A stretch of 52,613 bases of DNA, filler included, from Bipalium vagum (lineage: Eukaryota): the NCBI GenBank assembly GCA_037834085.1. It is 3 parts of 3 records of this genome, joined end to end, with 100 filler letters (N's around TTAATTAATTAA, not from the genome) between each part and the next. Parts side by side here need not be neighbours in the genome. Positions count along the whole stretch, not along the records: positions 33,638 to 52,613 come from JBBMKC010014336.1; 2 more parts are not named here. The stretch is one strand, 5' to 3'. Positions 39,621-52,613 of this stretch are shown piece after piece. Below the pieces are notes generated by a model, which did no database searches, was not told where the DNA came from, and saw nothing but the letters and a program-made list of their open reading frames with translations. The stretch's first letter is position 1, and each line of letters begins with the position of its first letter. The position numbers and the translations under genes are program-made.

Positions 39621-39781
39621 ATAATTAGTATTTTATTCAGGTTCTTTTATGACATTTTATTTACTACTAAAATACGACGGTTGAAATTCGATATCACTGC
39701 AGCTCTTTTGTCAAGGTTAATTTAATATTTCCTATGTTATACAATTTTTTTAGAATTCAGACTTAGACTTTTTTTTTTCAT

Positions 39782-40450
39782 AAGCGGTGCTTTTATGGGA
39801 GTGCAGCGACCTTAATAGCGATCATTTTCATTAAATTTAATAAACAAACTATATAGTTACAAAAGCAAAGCTAATAAATAATAATGCCTTTGAGATTAAA
39901 TTAATCATTTAAAAAAATGCTGCAGCTATATCGAATGAGATCCAAAATTGGATCGATAAGCATTTTATTGGGGATCGCCAAAAATTAATTTGAAATTAAA
40001 AAAATTTTAAATTATTTAAAATTACATGTTTGTGTTTTATTATTCATTTTGTAAAGACAATATTTCAAATATTTTAGGATTTTTTAAACTTGTTATCATT
40101 AAAGTATATTTAGTAATTAAAAATTTTATCAATCACATATTTATTTAGAAAACACAAACTATGACTAGAAAACGTGTATATGATTCAGATTATATCAAAT
40201 ATGGATTTACTCCCATAACTAATAATGGAATAATAAAACCTCAGTGTGTTCTATGTAAAGTGGTTCTACGTTCAGAATCTATGAAGCCATCAAAACTTTT
40301 AAGGCATTTACAAGCGAAACATCTGGAGCACTCTAAAAAGGATGTCGATTTTTTCCGTAGATATTATTATTGTAAACAAAAAGAATAGACCAAACAGGAA
40401 CATTTAATCAAGAACAATCATCAATACTGCAGGGATCATATGAACTTTAA
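39782..40450 (+). mobile_element. hAT transposon (Buster/Charlie-type) 5' fragment with BED zinc finger
   Basis: ORF 40161-40388 RKRVYDSDYIKYGF...PQCVLCKVVLRSESMKPSKLLRHLQAKH. Left boundary approximate. Confidence 0.88.
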
Positions 40451-41339
40451 TCAGTCCGGAATGATATCCAATATTTATAATTTAATAATTCATTTACCTA
40501 CAAAAATCAGTTTTGTTTAATGAAAATTATTTTAATAATTTTCATTGATTAAAATTATCTTTCATTTTTTGAACTTGTTTCTTAAGCAAATGATTGTAAA
40601 TAAATATTTATGTTTACTACTAATAATAAAATTTAATTAAATAATCTGATTTGGAAATTCACTTCAATTTTTAATAGGTCTTGTCATATGTATAGATTAT
40701 TTACAAAATGCTTAGAAGGTTCAATTGTTTATCAATAATAACTGACTTTAATGACATATTTATAGAATAGACATTGTTTTATTGATAATATTTTCAATTT
40801 ATATTTTGTATTGCATAATTTTTATCAAGCACGTGGTATCAAGATTTATCAAATTAAAATGGTTTCTAATAATACCCTGGTCTTATATTTTCTGAAACTT
40901 TTAAGAATTTGAAAAGGTCTGAAGAAAACTATTATCTATAACGTATTTAATTAGGAAAATAAATAATAATCCTTGCCAAAACAAAAAATTCTCGTATAAA
41001 ACCTGCTCTTGCACTTTCTAAATTTGAACCATTATTATTTCAGCACCATTAATATACAGATCAAACTTCTTTTGGAAACAATTCTTCTAAAAAATTTTAT
41101 CGAAAACACATTTTTTGTCAGCTGAAATATTCTTATTACCCGTCATATAAATCATTTGGTGATAATAATTAATTTGCATTCATTAACGCTTGTCCATCTT
41201 AAGGAACCAGAAAGAATTAATTCGAAAATTATGTACTTCAGAAAGAATGGAGTCTATTTAGTGGCCCAGGCTACATAAAGTTAAGAGAGCAGAATTTAAA
41301 CAGTGAAAATTCTTCATTACCGAGAGTTTGGTCAGGCCA

Positions 41340-41800
41340 TGTGAATTTTTAATGTAAAAAATATAATTTAAATTAAATAACTATTTAAAATCTGACTAAA
41401 ATTAACAAATCATCGATTTAAACATTATATTTTGAGAGATAACGATTTTTCGTATTTTATAAAAACAATGGGATTATTTTTCGAAAAAACCCCATTGAAT
41501 TTAGCAAACATCAACAGCACTCCTGTAATATAAATTAGAAAATTAACACAAAAATGACCATTCAAATTTATTTGTAAACATAATTTCTTAAATGCACCAT
41601 CATTAAATCGATCACGCCACATAAATTCATCTTAATATGACTATAACAGGTTTCTTTTGCATCCTGCTTTTAATTTAAGACTACTTTTACAATTATTCCA
41701 ATATGATTCGATGCCATTAGTATGTAACTTAGTGATCAAATCGCAGAAAATATACTTTCAGCATACAGTTTTATATTATCATCAAATTTGTTGAATCATG
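41340..41800 (-). mobile_element. Merlin (IS1595/ISXO2-like) transposase 3' remnant
   Basis: HTNGIESYWNNCK / AGCKRNLL*SY*DEFMWRDRF matches the IS1595-type HT..IE..W and Y..EF.WR motifs. Confidence 0.85.
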
Positions 41801-41899
41801 TAATATGTCTTTCATTCAGCACTAAAAATCATGGTACCTTGTCTCAAGTTAAAATATCAAAAGATTTTCTTAAATACTATCGATTATTGTACATTGGGT

Positions 41900-42385
41900 A
41901 CAAAACATGGATGGAAAATGTGTTTTAAAGTATTTGAAAGATGCTGGGCATAACAATTCACCTAACAATTCATTTAACACTAAAAAAATTGAATGGACAG
42001 ATTTTCAATCTTTGAGCACTATTTAAAAAAATTCAAAGTAAACCATTTTTGAGACAACTTATTATGAGAAACGAAAAATTGATTATCTGTGTCAAAAATC
42101 TTGAAAGATATAATGGTCATTTTCAAGGCCAGATCGTTTAACTCATAAGATTGGTAAGGTCATTTATTATGAACTATCGCACAATAAAACGATTGACTCA
42201 ATATTGTATTGCAGTTTACTAACAAAATTAAAGCAAAAGATTCAAAAACAGGCCAAATTTGATAAATGGGAAGTCCATTCAACACGACAATATGAGATTA
42301 TGAGTCTTTGAAGATTATACGACTTTGACTGGAAACCATTAATTTTTTTATAGTCGGAATTCGGTACCGCAAAATTAGCATATAT
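41900..42385 (+). mobile_element. Degenerate mariner remnant
   Basis: QHDN, FDWKP and YSRNSVPQN*H (decayed YSPDLAPSDYH) motifs. Confidence 0.55.
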
Positions 42386-42387
42386 AT

Positions 42388-42895
42388 ACCGAGTGCAGAA
42401 TAAAAATTGCGACTGTTAAATTTTTTTTTACGCCAATAATAATATTTTTCTTTGTTAGTAGTATATATTTATGATGTATCTTTTGTCTAGTACATATCAG
42501 TAAAATATTAAAGGATTATTGATCTTTTAACGCGGGAAAAAGAACAGATGAAATTGCACAAGCTCTTGGAGTACACCGAGCAACAGTATGTCGTATCCAA
42601 ACAGGTTTCAAGGTAAAAGGAGCTAAAGAAAGACAGTCTGGTAGTAGAAGACCTAGATCCAAGCGTACACCGTCTACCAACAATGCAGTGAAATCCAGAA
42701 TAAAGTGAGATCCTGTCAGATCCATGTGACAGATGGCCAATGATTTCAACATGGACGAAAATTATATGAGAAACCTTATAAAAATATTATAAATTGGGGC
42801 TAGATCTCTTAGTAGAACTTCACGGCCACTACAAACAACAATAAATAAGGAAACAAGATCGCAAGGATGTATACGCATACTTTCATTTTTGAAGA
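42388..42895 (+). mobile_element. DD37D (maT)-like transposon 5' fragment
   Basis: TA-CCGAGTG start; EIAQALGVHRATVCRI...GSRRPRSKRTP...VKSRIK*DPVRSM*QMANDF. Confidence 0.78.
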
Positions 42896-43833
42896 AATTA
42901 TTATCGATATAGATGATGAACATATGGTTTAACTAAATGCTTTTGCTCTATTTATTTCAATGTGTTTATTAAATACGAAAAACTTTTCAATATAATAATA
43001 CAGATTTTTCATTAAATCGATAAATTAAAAAAATAAGGAATTGAAAATCCAATGGTCTGATAAGTAAAATGTTTAGAAAACTTTGAATTGTGATAGAGTA
43101 AATAAATGTAATTTGTTAATATACAAAAATCATCTTTTGACGCTGTTTTCATGAATTTATTACTTCCCAAGATATTAAGAAACATGCCACAAGTTTGATT
43201 TCGTCATGTTGAAAAAAACTGACAACAAGCATTTCCAAAGATCAAACAAAAGAAAAAAAAATTTTCAAAAAATTAGTAAAAGTTATCTTTGTTCAACCAA
43301 ATTACAGCTTAATTTCGTGAATTTATCTACTGTCCAAATTTTTCTTTTTCGATAAATATTTACATCTAATATTATTCAGAGCTTATAAATAACATTAAAG
43401 GATCTTTATGGCTTACCTATGGTAAAGTATTTTTACAATACTATATATTTATACAAAGACTTCTATTGCTGATGAAGCTTTGGAAAGTCAATTATACGAA
43501 TTACTTTCAATCCTTGCGCCACACTTTTACAGAATCAAAATGATTTGAAAATGAAAAATAACTGATAAAAACCATCACATTGAATATGTTTAAATTATAA
43601 AAAACGTTAACATTGTTTAAAGACTTCACTTCTTGTTATTGTTAGAACTTTAAAACTTTTCAAGAATATATCGTGGTCGAAAATCTAAGAAAAAATTTAA
43701 ACTGTTCAAAATCCGTCGCGGTTAAATATCAGATTTTTACTAGTAATACTATTTTCATTTTCAATAGTAAGAAACTGTTAGTATGATCAAAATCACAATA
43801 AAAATATGATTTTACTATTATATTTTAATTCCA

Positions 43834-43995
43834 NNNNNNNNNNNNNNNNNNNNNNNNNNNNNNNNNNNNNNNNNNNNNNNNNNNNNNNNNNNNNNNNNNN
43901 NNNNNNNNNNNNNNNNNNNNNNNNNNNNNNNNNNNNNNNNNNNNNNNNNNNNNNNNNNNNNNNNNNNNNNNNNNNNNNNNNNNNNNNNNNNNNNN
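43834..43995. other. Sized assembly gap
   Basis: Run of N without the linker. Confidence 0.95.
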
Positions 43996-45082
43996 TAATA
44001 TTATTATTGTATTGAATTATAATATTGTTATCTATCAACAACTAAACAATGTTACGTAAATATAACAATACATATTTTATATTACGTATGATAAGTAATA
44101 ATCAGGAAAAAAATATATGTAATTTATTTTATTCTAAATATTGATTTTAGAATGTTTTAACTAAGCTGTTTATAGAAAAATTGATTCTATAGGAAGCTAA
44201 ATAGAGTACATTTTTGGTAAATCGCAGTTCAGATCCTCCTCATTAATAAACTAATACAATGTTTGATATAAAACGTTGATTATTAATGGAAATTCGTTCT
44301 TTCCTTTTACAGACACTCAAAAGATAAAAGAATGACATAAAACAAAAATAAATTGAAAAATTGTGCAAATTTATAACAATAAAAACTTTAAAAATTTTTC
44401 AGCATGAAATTAATATTATTCAACACAAAAATTAAATATTTAAAAATATTGGAACTTTGAGATTTAAAATGATTTCAATAAATAAAATCTTTTTGTCTTA
44501 GGTTTGAGTTTGTTGAAGTAAACGATATCAGAATAAGTTCCAAATATATGCAAAAAAAATAAACTTCATTTTTTGTTATAAATGTTATTATTTACCCTGA
44601 AAAATCTACATTAAGTCATTCAAAAGTTACGAGAAATAATTCTGCTGAGATATTTAGCTCCTTTCATTTATTTTTATTTAGTTATTTAATAATATAAATA
44701 ATTTGAATGATAAAAAATATACTGAGATGCGAAAAATGAATTCATTCTTTACCTTTAATCTCATAATGACTTCGTTTTCAGTGCCTTTAAGATTTGGCCA
44801 CCGATGGAATCTAGGTCGCCTAAGAAATAGAAAATAAAAAACTATAAAATGATGAGCTAGTTTTATAGCAATATAAAAGAAAAGAGGATAACTATTACCT
44901 AACATTGATTGTCTTTAATATTAGAATTGAATTAGTATGTATTAATTTTATTTGTCAAATACCAACCTTAAAATGTTAAATTTATCAGGATTGTTCTACA
45001 CTTTGATTTTAAATAGTTATGATAAATAATAATAATTAAAGCTTTAAATCCATAAATCGTGAAGATTGATCAGGATATAATA

Positions 45083-45860
45083 CAGTGTTTCTCAGAAAAA
45101 ATTTGAAAATGTTTCATTCAAATTTGAAAAAATAAAAATAAAATAGACATCAAAAACCTTTGTTTGCAATTAATTTGCAATAAACTCCTTTTTAGTTGCT
45201 GTCCTTATAATCCATTAATTTTTTGAAATATCTTGCAATCTGATCTACTAGTCATATTCGCAACATTCATCAATTCTTCTTCATTTCTTGAATTTCCTCC
45301 TTTTAATACATTTTTCAATTTTAAAAATAAATTTTCAATTGGGTTTAAGAGAGAAGACTAAGGCGGTGAAAATAAATAATTAAAGCCTTCCTGAATAATT
45401 TTGTTCTTCACTAAATCAGATTTGTGAAACGGTCCATAATAAACATTCCTGAAGTAATTTTTTAATCTCTCAAAGTTGCAAGTTTTCCAATAAAATCAGT
45501 AAATTTTTTGTTTTAAAAGACGTAGGTTGCGAATGATACATTAAAATGCTGTCATTATTCATTGCAGCGCATGCGGATATATTTCTTGATTTAATGTAAG
45601 GAACTACTTTAGTTGCAGGACTACTAATTAGAGATCGCATGCTAACATTGAATCCAATTTCATCAAGGAAAATAACCTGCCTTGCAGTATACATTTCTGG
45701 TAGACGTATTGAAGGAACATGCATAATTATATCTGGCGTCTAATGTTTTTGGATCATTTCTTTTCTCCGGAATAGCTCAAAATCGTTTCAAACATATTCA
45801 ATAGCTACCAAAATCCCTTCAATATATCTGCTGACGACGTGATTCCAAATTGTTCCAAAC
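45083..45860 (-). mobile_element. IS630/Tc1-like (DDE_3) transposon remnant, same family type as 5615-6530
   Basis: [25 protein letters not shown] and PP*SSLLNPIENLF motifs; TA-CAGTG terminus at 45083. Confidence 0.85.
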
Positions 45861-46559
45861 ATTTTTGAGAAATAATATTTATAATTTATAATTCTAGAGT
45901 CTAAATTTTCAAGAATTAAGTCAAAAATAAATAATAATAAATGAAAAACAAACTGGCAAATTAACTGAATATTAATAAATAATATTATATATAATAATAT
46001 AATATATTTTATCACACAAGCAAAAAGTTATTTAAAATAAGCTAATGACTTCCAAAATTTCATGTATAACAATTTTGAATAAAAAAGAAATATTATTTTT
46101 AAGAAAATAACAATATTATTTTTTATTTTATATAATTAGGCAAAATACTTTCTAAATGATCCATAAACACAATCTGAGTCCGAATCGACGTAAAGGCAGA
46201 TATCGTCATTATTAACTACTTTTGAAGGTCTTCTGTCTATTATAGAGTTTTTTCAAATATAAAAAAATATAAAATATAAATGTATATTTATTACCAGTAT
46301 TAGGGAGAGAAGTATCATCGGATCTGAAAAAAAGTTGAACATTAACTCATTGATTAATTTTCGTTTATTTATTTTAATGAAAAGTTAAACATCTATAAAC
46401 TTAAGATAAATGATATGAATATAATAGGAACAAAGACCCTGTAATAAATAGTTTGATTATAAAAAATATTTGTTAATCATACAATTTTTATGATAATAAG
46501 TTTTTTAATATAACAAACTAAAACGAAAATTTTACAAGTAAGCAGTTCAATTTAAAGTG

Positions 46560-47108
46560 CACCTTTTGCATTTTCTGGGACATGGTTGAGAAATATATTC
46601 GAATTTGTATTCTTTATGAGTTTAAGCTTCATCATAACGCACTAGAAGCAACGATATATAATTTTCACATCGGGTGAAATGGTCTGTAAACGAAGAAATA
46701 ACACAAAGATATCTTAAGAAATTAATTGGTAAGTGATGACGGTGGAAAATGGGCTACTGTCGTAAATAACGACCATTTGGTGCCAGTGGTTGAAAGTGAT
46801 ACGAAAAAATCGGTTAGAGACCTAGATAAAGAATTGAGTTATTCACTGGATCTCTCGACATCATATTATCATATGTTCACACATATTGATATATTTCTGA
46901 TCAATAAGACGTTTCGGAACCAAATAACATTAGAAATGTCATTCTTAAGTTTTTGAACCTGATTTTTATGAAAAGTAAATTTATGATTATTGTCTCGATG
47001 ACCTAAGTGTATTGAAAATAATGAATATATTTTGATGAATAAAATGTGCTTCATATTTTTTTGATCTAGTTTAAGTACATCTCATTAAATTTCACAATAC
47101 AATCTAAT
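46560..47108 (+). mobile_element. Internally deleted mariner
   Basis: IRICILYEFKL N-terminus; SVRDLDKEL joined directly to SYSLDLSTSYYHMF (YSPDL-motif region). Confidence 0.8.
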
Positions 47109-48805
47109 ATTGTTAAATATTACCTAATTATTATCAACATTTTAATTGTAAAATAAATAAATTTCTTTTCAGCATAATTTAACTAAGTATTTAAAAATTA
47201 CTAATTAAATTATGATATAATACTCTGAGATCTTTCTAGATTAAAAATTTATACAGATATTTGATATGCTGTAAGGTAAACCAATGTCTTACTTCTCGCC
47301 CCCTCATTTAATCAGGCTATTGTTATAAGCCAGTTTCATCAACTTAACAGTGCAAATATTGATAAGATTAAACAGAACATGAAAACCGAGTAACCCAAGA
47401 CCAGGATCAAAAAACTATTTGATTGACATTCTTCAATCAGTTATTTCAAAATCAATTAATTAATTAACCTATTTTAGAATTACTTCATCTGAATAATATG
47501 TTCCATCGAGATAAATGGGTGGAGTGTTGGTAATTACTATTTCTTTCTTGCTTTTGAAAGATATTTTTATTCTATTTTATTAAAATAATTTAGCTGATTT
47601 AGAAAACACGCTTGCAAGCAGCATTGAAAAAAAAAGATTATTATAAAGAAAAGAAGCGCTACCGATTTCCCTTGTCAACATATCAGTATTTAAACAAATA
47701 CAATCTACCATTGTTTTGAATTTATGAAAAAATTATATATTATAATAAAATAACTCACAAAAATTATGAAAATTGAAATTTTTTTAACAATTACATTTCT
47801 TTTAAAAATGATCGTTTTCCAACAGAAGAGAACATAAGAATAACATATAATTACATAAAATTATAATTGTTCAATATTATTGAGATTTTCGATGTAAAGA
47901 AACACTTAACAATATTACATGGGATATGAAACCTGAAATGCGTGAAACAATTTTTTTAAAAATCTTCATGAAAAATATTTGGATATTAAAACAAAAATAT
48001 ATACAGGAATATTTTGGAAGAAACATTGTTGATAAATTGAGACAATAGGTTGTAATCATTTATTTGACAAGGGAAAATCAAAGAAGGAACGGAAATTCAG
48101 TTTTAAATGTGTCTCTAAATATTTTTGCTAAGTCACTATATAAAAAAGTTTACCTATGTCAGAGAAAAACTTTTAAATGAAAAGTTTTAAATTAAAATAA
48201 CCTTGATTATAATATAAAATCTGGAAAATTATAATAAATAAATTATTAGAAAATTAAAAAATATATTTTTAAAATAAAATTTAACAATTTTTTTATTTTA
48301 CTTCTATTTTTCTTTTTCATTCCTTCATTTTAATTTTAATAGAAAATAATAATAATATTTTTAATATTAAAACAATTTTTATTTTTTCGATGAATGTTTA
48401 TTACATTCTAATTAATCGAACAACACTAAAAAATCTATATTTCATTAAATACAAAAATTACACACGTAACGCTTCTTTGCTGAGCTTAATGATCTCAACA
48501 TATCTGCTATGATAATTCTCGATCAAGATCACAAATTATAATTTTATTACTTTTACTATTTTACTATCAGCACACAAACAAGGTTTTATTATTCGAAAGA
48601 ATTTATTCTGACCAATAATAAGTTAAATTTATATTTGATTAATTGTTTAATTAAAGCATGCTATTAACATAAAATATTTGTGTGCTCTAGCTCTAGGAGG
48701 CTGTCATATTTAATATTATTCATATATGATCATAATAATTATCAAAAGAAAAAAAACGCTATCTACTAAAACAGATTTCGGAAAAATTATTTAAAATAAT
48801 ATATG

Positions 48806-48836
<31 letters not shown>

Positions 48837-51059
48837 TGTTATTTATGTCTTCAAAATAATGTCAATATTATTGTCCAAATAATACTAAAAGTATTGAAGC
48901 AAATTTCCCAAGCATTATGATGAAATAAATCAAGTCAAACAATTTAAAAGTGGAGACAGAAAATAAAAATAACTGATATAATACTTCAAAAAAATGTTCC
49001 AAGAAAATGTTTCGGAATTTACGGAAAACTGCTTTTATGTCTCCCTTAGCAAAGGAATTGAAAAAGTAAAACAGGGATAATAAAAAAAAATAATTACATC
49101 ATAAATGCAAGATAGTTTACAGTCACCCATGTCTTGTATATCAGCATAATTATCAGAGGTAGTATCGATTGAAACAAAATATTGTTTGTCTTACTGTTCA
49201 AAATGATAGTGCATTCAGATTTTTATCAAACAATAGGTTACATGCCAAGGGTTCTAAACACGAAGTTGATTTTTTGAAAAAAATATTATAAGTATAGCTT
49301 TGAGTTTACAAAATCAATAAAATTTTATTTAATTTCCATGGAAATATAATATCTTACCACAAAAATTTACACAATTCTCTTTTCTATTTAATGTAAATCA
49401 GAAAAGAAATAGGAAAAACTCTAATATAAAATTCTTCAAAATGATTTATGTTACCTTAAAACCAGTTTAAAATATATCAAAATTTACTCACGATTTATCT
49501 TCATTGCCATAGTTTTCATAAAACGTTTTACGAATTTGAACAAGACTCTTTGGCGAATTTGTATCAGTTATTTCTTTTTCAATTTTCTGAAGTTATTTGT
49601 GTATAGAATAGCATAATGACTTTATGAAAAGAAATGAAATTGCTAACATCATTCTTGTTCTTTTCATATCTCATTTTCATTTTTTTCACCCATGTGGTCA
49701 TTTAAAGATTAATCTTTAAAAGTAAATTTCAACTAAAAATTTAATTAGAAAGTTTAATAACTTTTGTAGTTCTATATTTAAAGATTTTGAAATTAAAAGT
49801 AAAATATTTCCGTTTGAATTTTTAACATTCAAAATATATTTACGATGACAATTTTAAACAAATCAATTTTATAAGGTTTTATTATAAATATAATAAAAAT
49901 ATATATAAATATATTAGATTGTTCTAAATTTTTTTTAACTTAAAATTTCTATATTCATATTTTCAATTTTTTATAAAGATTATTTATCAATTATATTTTA
50001 GACAAATTTAAATAAAAATCATATGAGTCATATATTTAGTTGTAAAATTATATTCTGTTCCAATCCCATTGTAATCATATATTTACAAATTAGTCAGTAA
50101 CAGTATTGTCTTGCTGAACATAACCATATTATTATTCAATTGTTATATCAAATGGTAAATATAATACAAAATGCATATGTTTATAAATTTGAAAATGTCA
50201 ATAAAAATTATTAATGCTAACATTATCATAACGATATATTTTCAACAAGTCTTGGATTTGATGGATATTAAAAAAAGGAAATGGTATTTTTCCGACTAAT
50301 TTTATCATATTTGACTGTCCTGACATTTTCAGACTGCAAATAATTTTTCACAAATTATTAAATTTATAACAATTGACTTTTTGACATTTATGTTAATTTC
50401 ATAGTATACGAGAAATCTTTCATGGAAACGAATGTACATGAAAATCAGTATCTTTCTGAAGCATTGTTACTAATAGAACCATAAAAGTATTAAAGAAATC
50501 GATTTTTAAGTAATAATATTATCAATTTAAAGTCTATTCTAATATTATTTATTTATTTAATAATAAATATTATTTATATAAATGAATTTGTCAATAAAAT
50601 AAATGTTAATTGAGATAAATTGTCAAATTTCTTCATTTATCTCATGAAAACTGAGTAAATTACTTTTTTAAAGCCTATAAAACGATGATGATAAAACTGA
50701 AAACTAATTACGAATGCAAACCTTTTACCAAAGAAAGTTTGGTAAAAGTTTCGGAGATGTGTGATGAAAATCGTACGAAATTGAAAATCTCGGAATCGAG
50801 AATTAGGTACAGTAGATGTGATTTGTTGGAGCTGATGAAATACGGTTAAATTCAGAAAAATTTTTGTCATTAGGACTTTTTCGACTATTGTTAAGTCAAG
50901 AATATATTTTATTAATTAAATAATTATGTAATTTTTAAAATTGTTTGATTGAATAGATTTCTAACCTTGCATTTGTGATAACAAATATACCTTTTTTTTT
51001 AATTGCTTTTTTTATTCGTGAGTTTTTTATTATTTACACTTTCTTCGAGGGAGTTTCTG

Positions 51060-51670
51060 ACTCACGTTGTAAGCACCCTTTGTAACAGTTTAGCTTGAGA
51101 CCTAGACCGTTACAGAGACTTACGATTGTCAGATTGTGCTCAACTACATCCATCTTGAATCAGCACTTCTTTTTGTGTTTTGATAGAAGATTACCTTTTC
51201 AATCCATTCCACCAGTCTTTCGTTGGTTATCCGAGCAAATAAACGGTATGAAGTGTCCAGGATTACGATTGGTCTGCGCGATGAAATTTCTGATAATGCA
51301 CGTATTTTGTTAGGTTTTATAATGAGTAGCGTTTTGAAGATCCTCCACTGTTCAGGAATGTTTCCACTTTTTATAATCATCTTAAAAAAGAATATAAAAA
51401 TTCGAATTGGTGATCAAATAATCTCCAGTCAGAGTATTTAATCGAATCTGATCGAGAAGCAGCGCTGGTTATTGACTTAAACATTAATTCAATCTCTTCA
51501 GGTATGATGAGTAAGTATGAATTGAATTCTACTGGGTTTGAGGTATATTCATAGTTTAGGATTTCATTCGATTGGTAATTAAAGTATTCCTCGATCTGAA
51601 CCGATCTGGAAAAGATGACGGCTCTACGTTTCCAGTAATTTCTTCATAGAGTTCCTTAATATTGACTAAA
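51060..51670 (-). mobile_element. Non-LTR retrotransposon RT fragment, R2/NeSL-like (RLE type)
   Basis: SAASRSDSIKYSDW / IPEQWRIFKTLLIIK...RRPIVILDTSYRLFARI..RL..W and a decayed GC.EHN motif, covering RT domains 0-2a. Confidence 0.8.
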
Positions 51671-52613
51671 ATAGAAAAAATTGAAAAAGAAATTTTACAA
51701 AATAATTCTAAAGATGTACCAAAACATTAGTTAGAAAACAATCTAGAACTAAAATATTTTACATTTAATAATCAATTCATATTATTTCTTAAATCTCAAA
51801 AAATGGAGAATTAATTAACAGAATAAAATATAAAAGATTTTACAATATTTGAAAGTAATAATTAAATATTAAATGATGCTATCACAAAAATAACAAAAGA
51901 CTATAAGGACATTCATAAATTAATAAATAATTTGAAGGTAAAATTAAAACATTTTTTGCGCTAGATGGTTAAAAAGACATGTACGAAAAAATGACACCTA
52001 TTGTTTATTGGTATTCTTATTGGAAATTTTGGATCTATTAAATCTGGCAATCACGTTATGTAACCAGTTAAATCTGACAATCACTAGATAAAAATTTATT
52101 AAACACCAAAAAATTATTAAATACAAAAATTTATTAAACCCAAAAATTTATTTAGGTATGTTAAGTCTCTTAAAAGTGGAGCTAAAACTAAGAGCTTAAC
52201 GGGCAGAAGGCTAATTTTTAAGCGTGATCAAGATATAAATTTGAATCGACTAAGAGAATCTTTAGTGATAATAAAAATTGAATTTACAAGACGAGTGATT
52301 GCTGTTTGAACAATCCTCTGCAAGAAAACTTTCCCTGAATTTAGGCTTAATTAAAGGAAGGAAATCTTTTCGCACTGATAAAAACATCAGTGTCTCAAAA
52401 GCCCTCAAAGATATGTAATTCACCACCCTAATTAGTGTGTGAACTACAAAAATACAAAGATCTGCGACGGAAGTGAAATGAACAAAAACTTTAATTGTCT
52501 TTAGGGCTGAACCCTAACATTTATTTAAAAGATAAGTAATTAAACAGTTGTGTAGTTTATTAAAATTACCAACTGTAGGGTTAAAAATGATTTTATTTAA
52601 TTTATATTTACCT

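Noticed and set aside
43000-43700. Possible further mariner remnant
   Set aside because: Too decayed to recover diagnostic motifs.
52035-52155. Short direct repeats (ttaaatctggcaatcac x2; aaaatttattaaa x4) as a CRISPR-like array
   Set aside because: Too short, irregular and AT-rich, in a eukaryotic context with no cas genes; simple local duplications.
51800-52450. Possible CR1/L2 LINE 3' remnant
   Set aside because: Only vague resemblance and no firm motif.

Overview
This is very AT-rich eukaryotic (animal-type) genomic DNA, not prokaryotic. Two identical 100-bp spacers (N44-TTAATTAATTAA-N44, at 17328-17427 and 33538-33637) are artificial joins, so the window is three unrelated scaffold pieces. 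Piece 1 holds the 3' (catalytic) part of a multi-exon phospholipase D gene (PLD1/2 type, both HKD motifs intact, minus strand); its PX/PH exons are missing. Piece 2 holds one clear Ig-domain exon and two unexplained GC-richer islands. Piece 3 holds part of an ephexin/ARHGEF26-type RhoGEF gene (minus strand), cut off inside the DH domain by the join. Introns are either about 40-55 nt or several kb. The large ones contain dead transposons from many lineages: mariner DD34D, IR/DR Tc1, DD41D, DD37D, DD37E-like, IS630-like, pogo/Tigger, hAT, Merlin and an R2/NeSL-like retrotransposon, several nested. A Penelope-like remnant lies just past the PLD stop. The tiny introns, divergent animal genes and composition would fit a reduced parasitic metazoan such as a myxozoan, but that is inference. 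I found no convincing new multi-gene system. The best leads are a coupled GC/GT splice-site shift, a chimeric TIR element and the unexplained islands. Family calls come from motif recognition by eye, and TE boundaries without TIRs are approximate.
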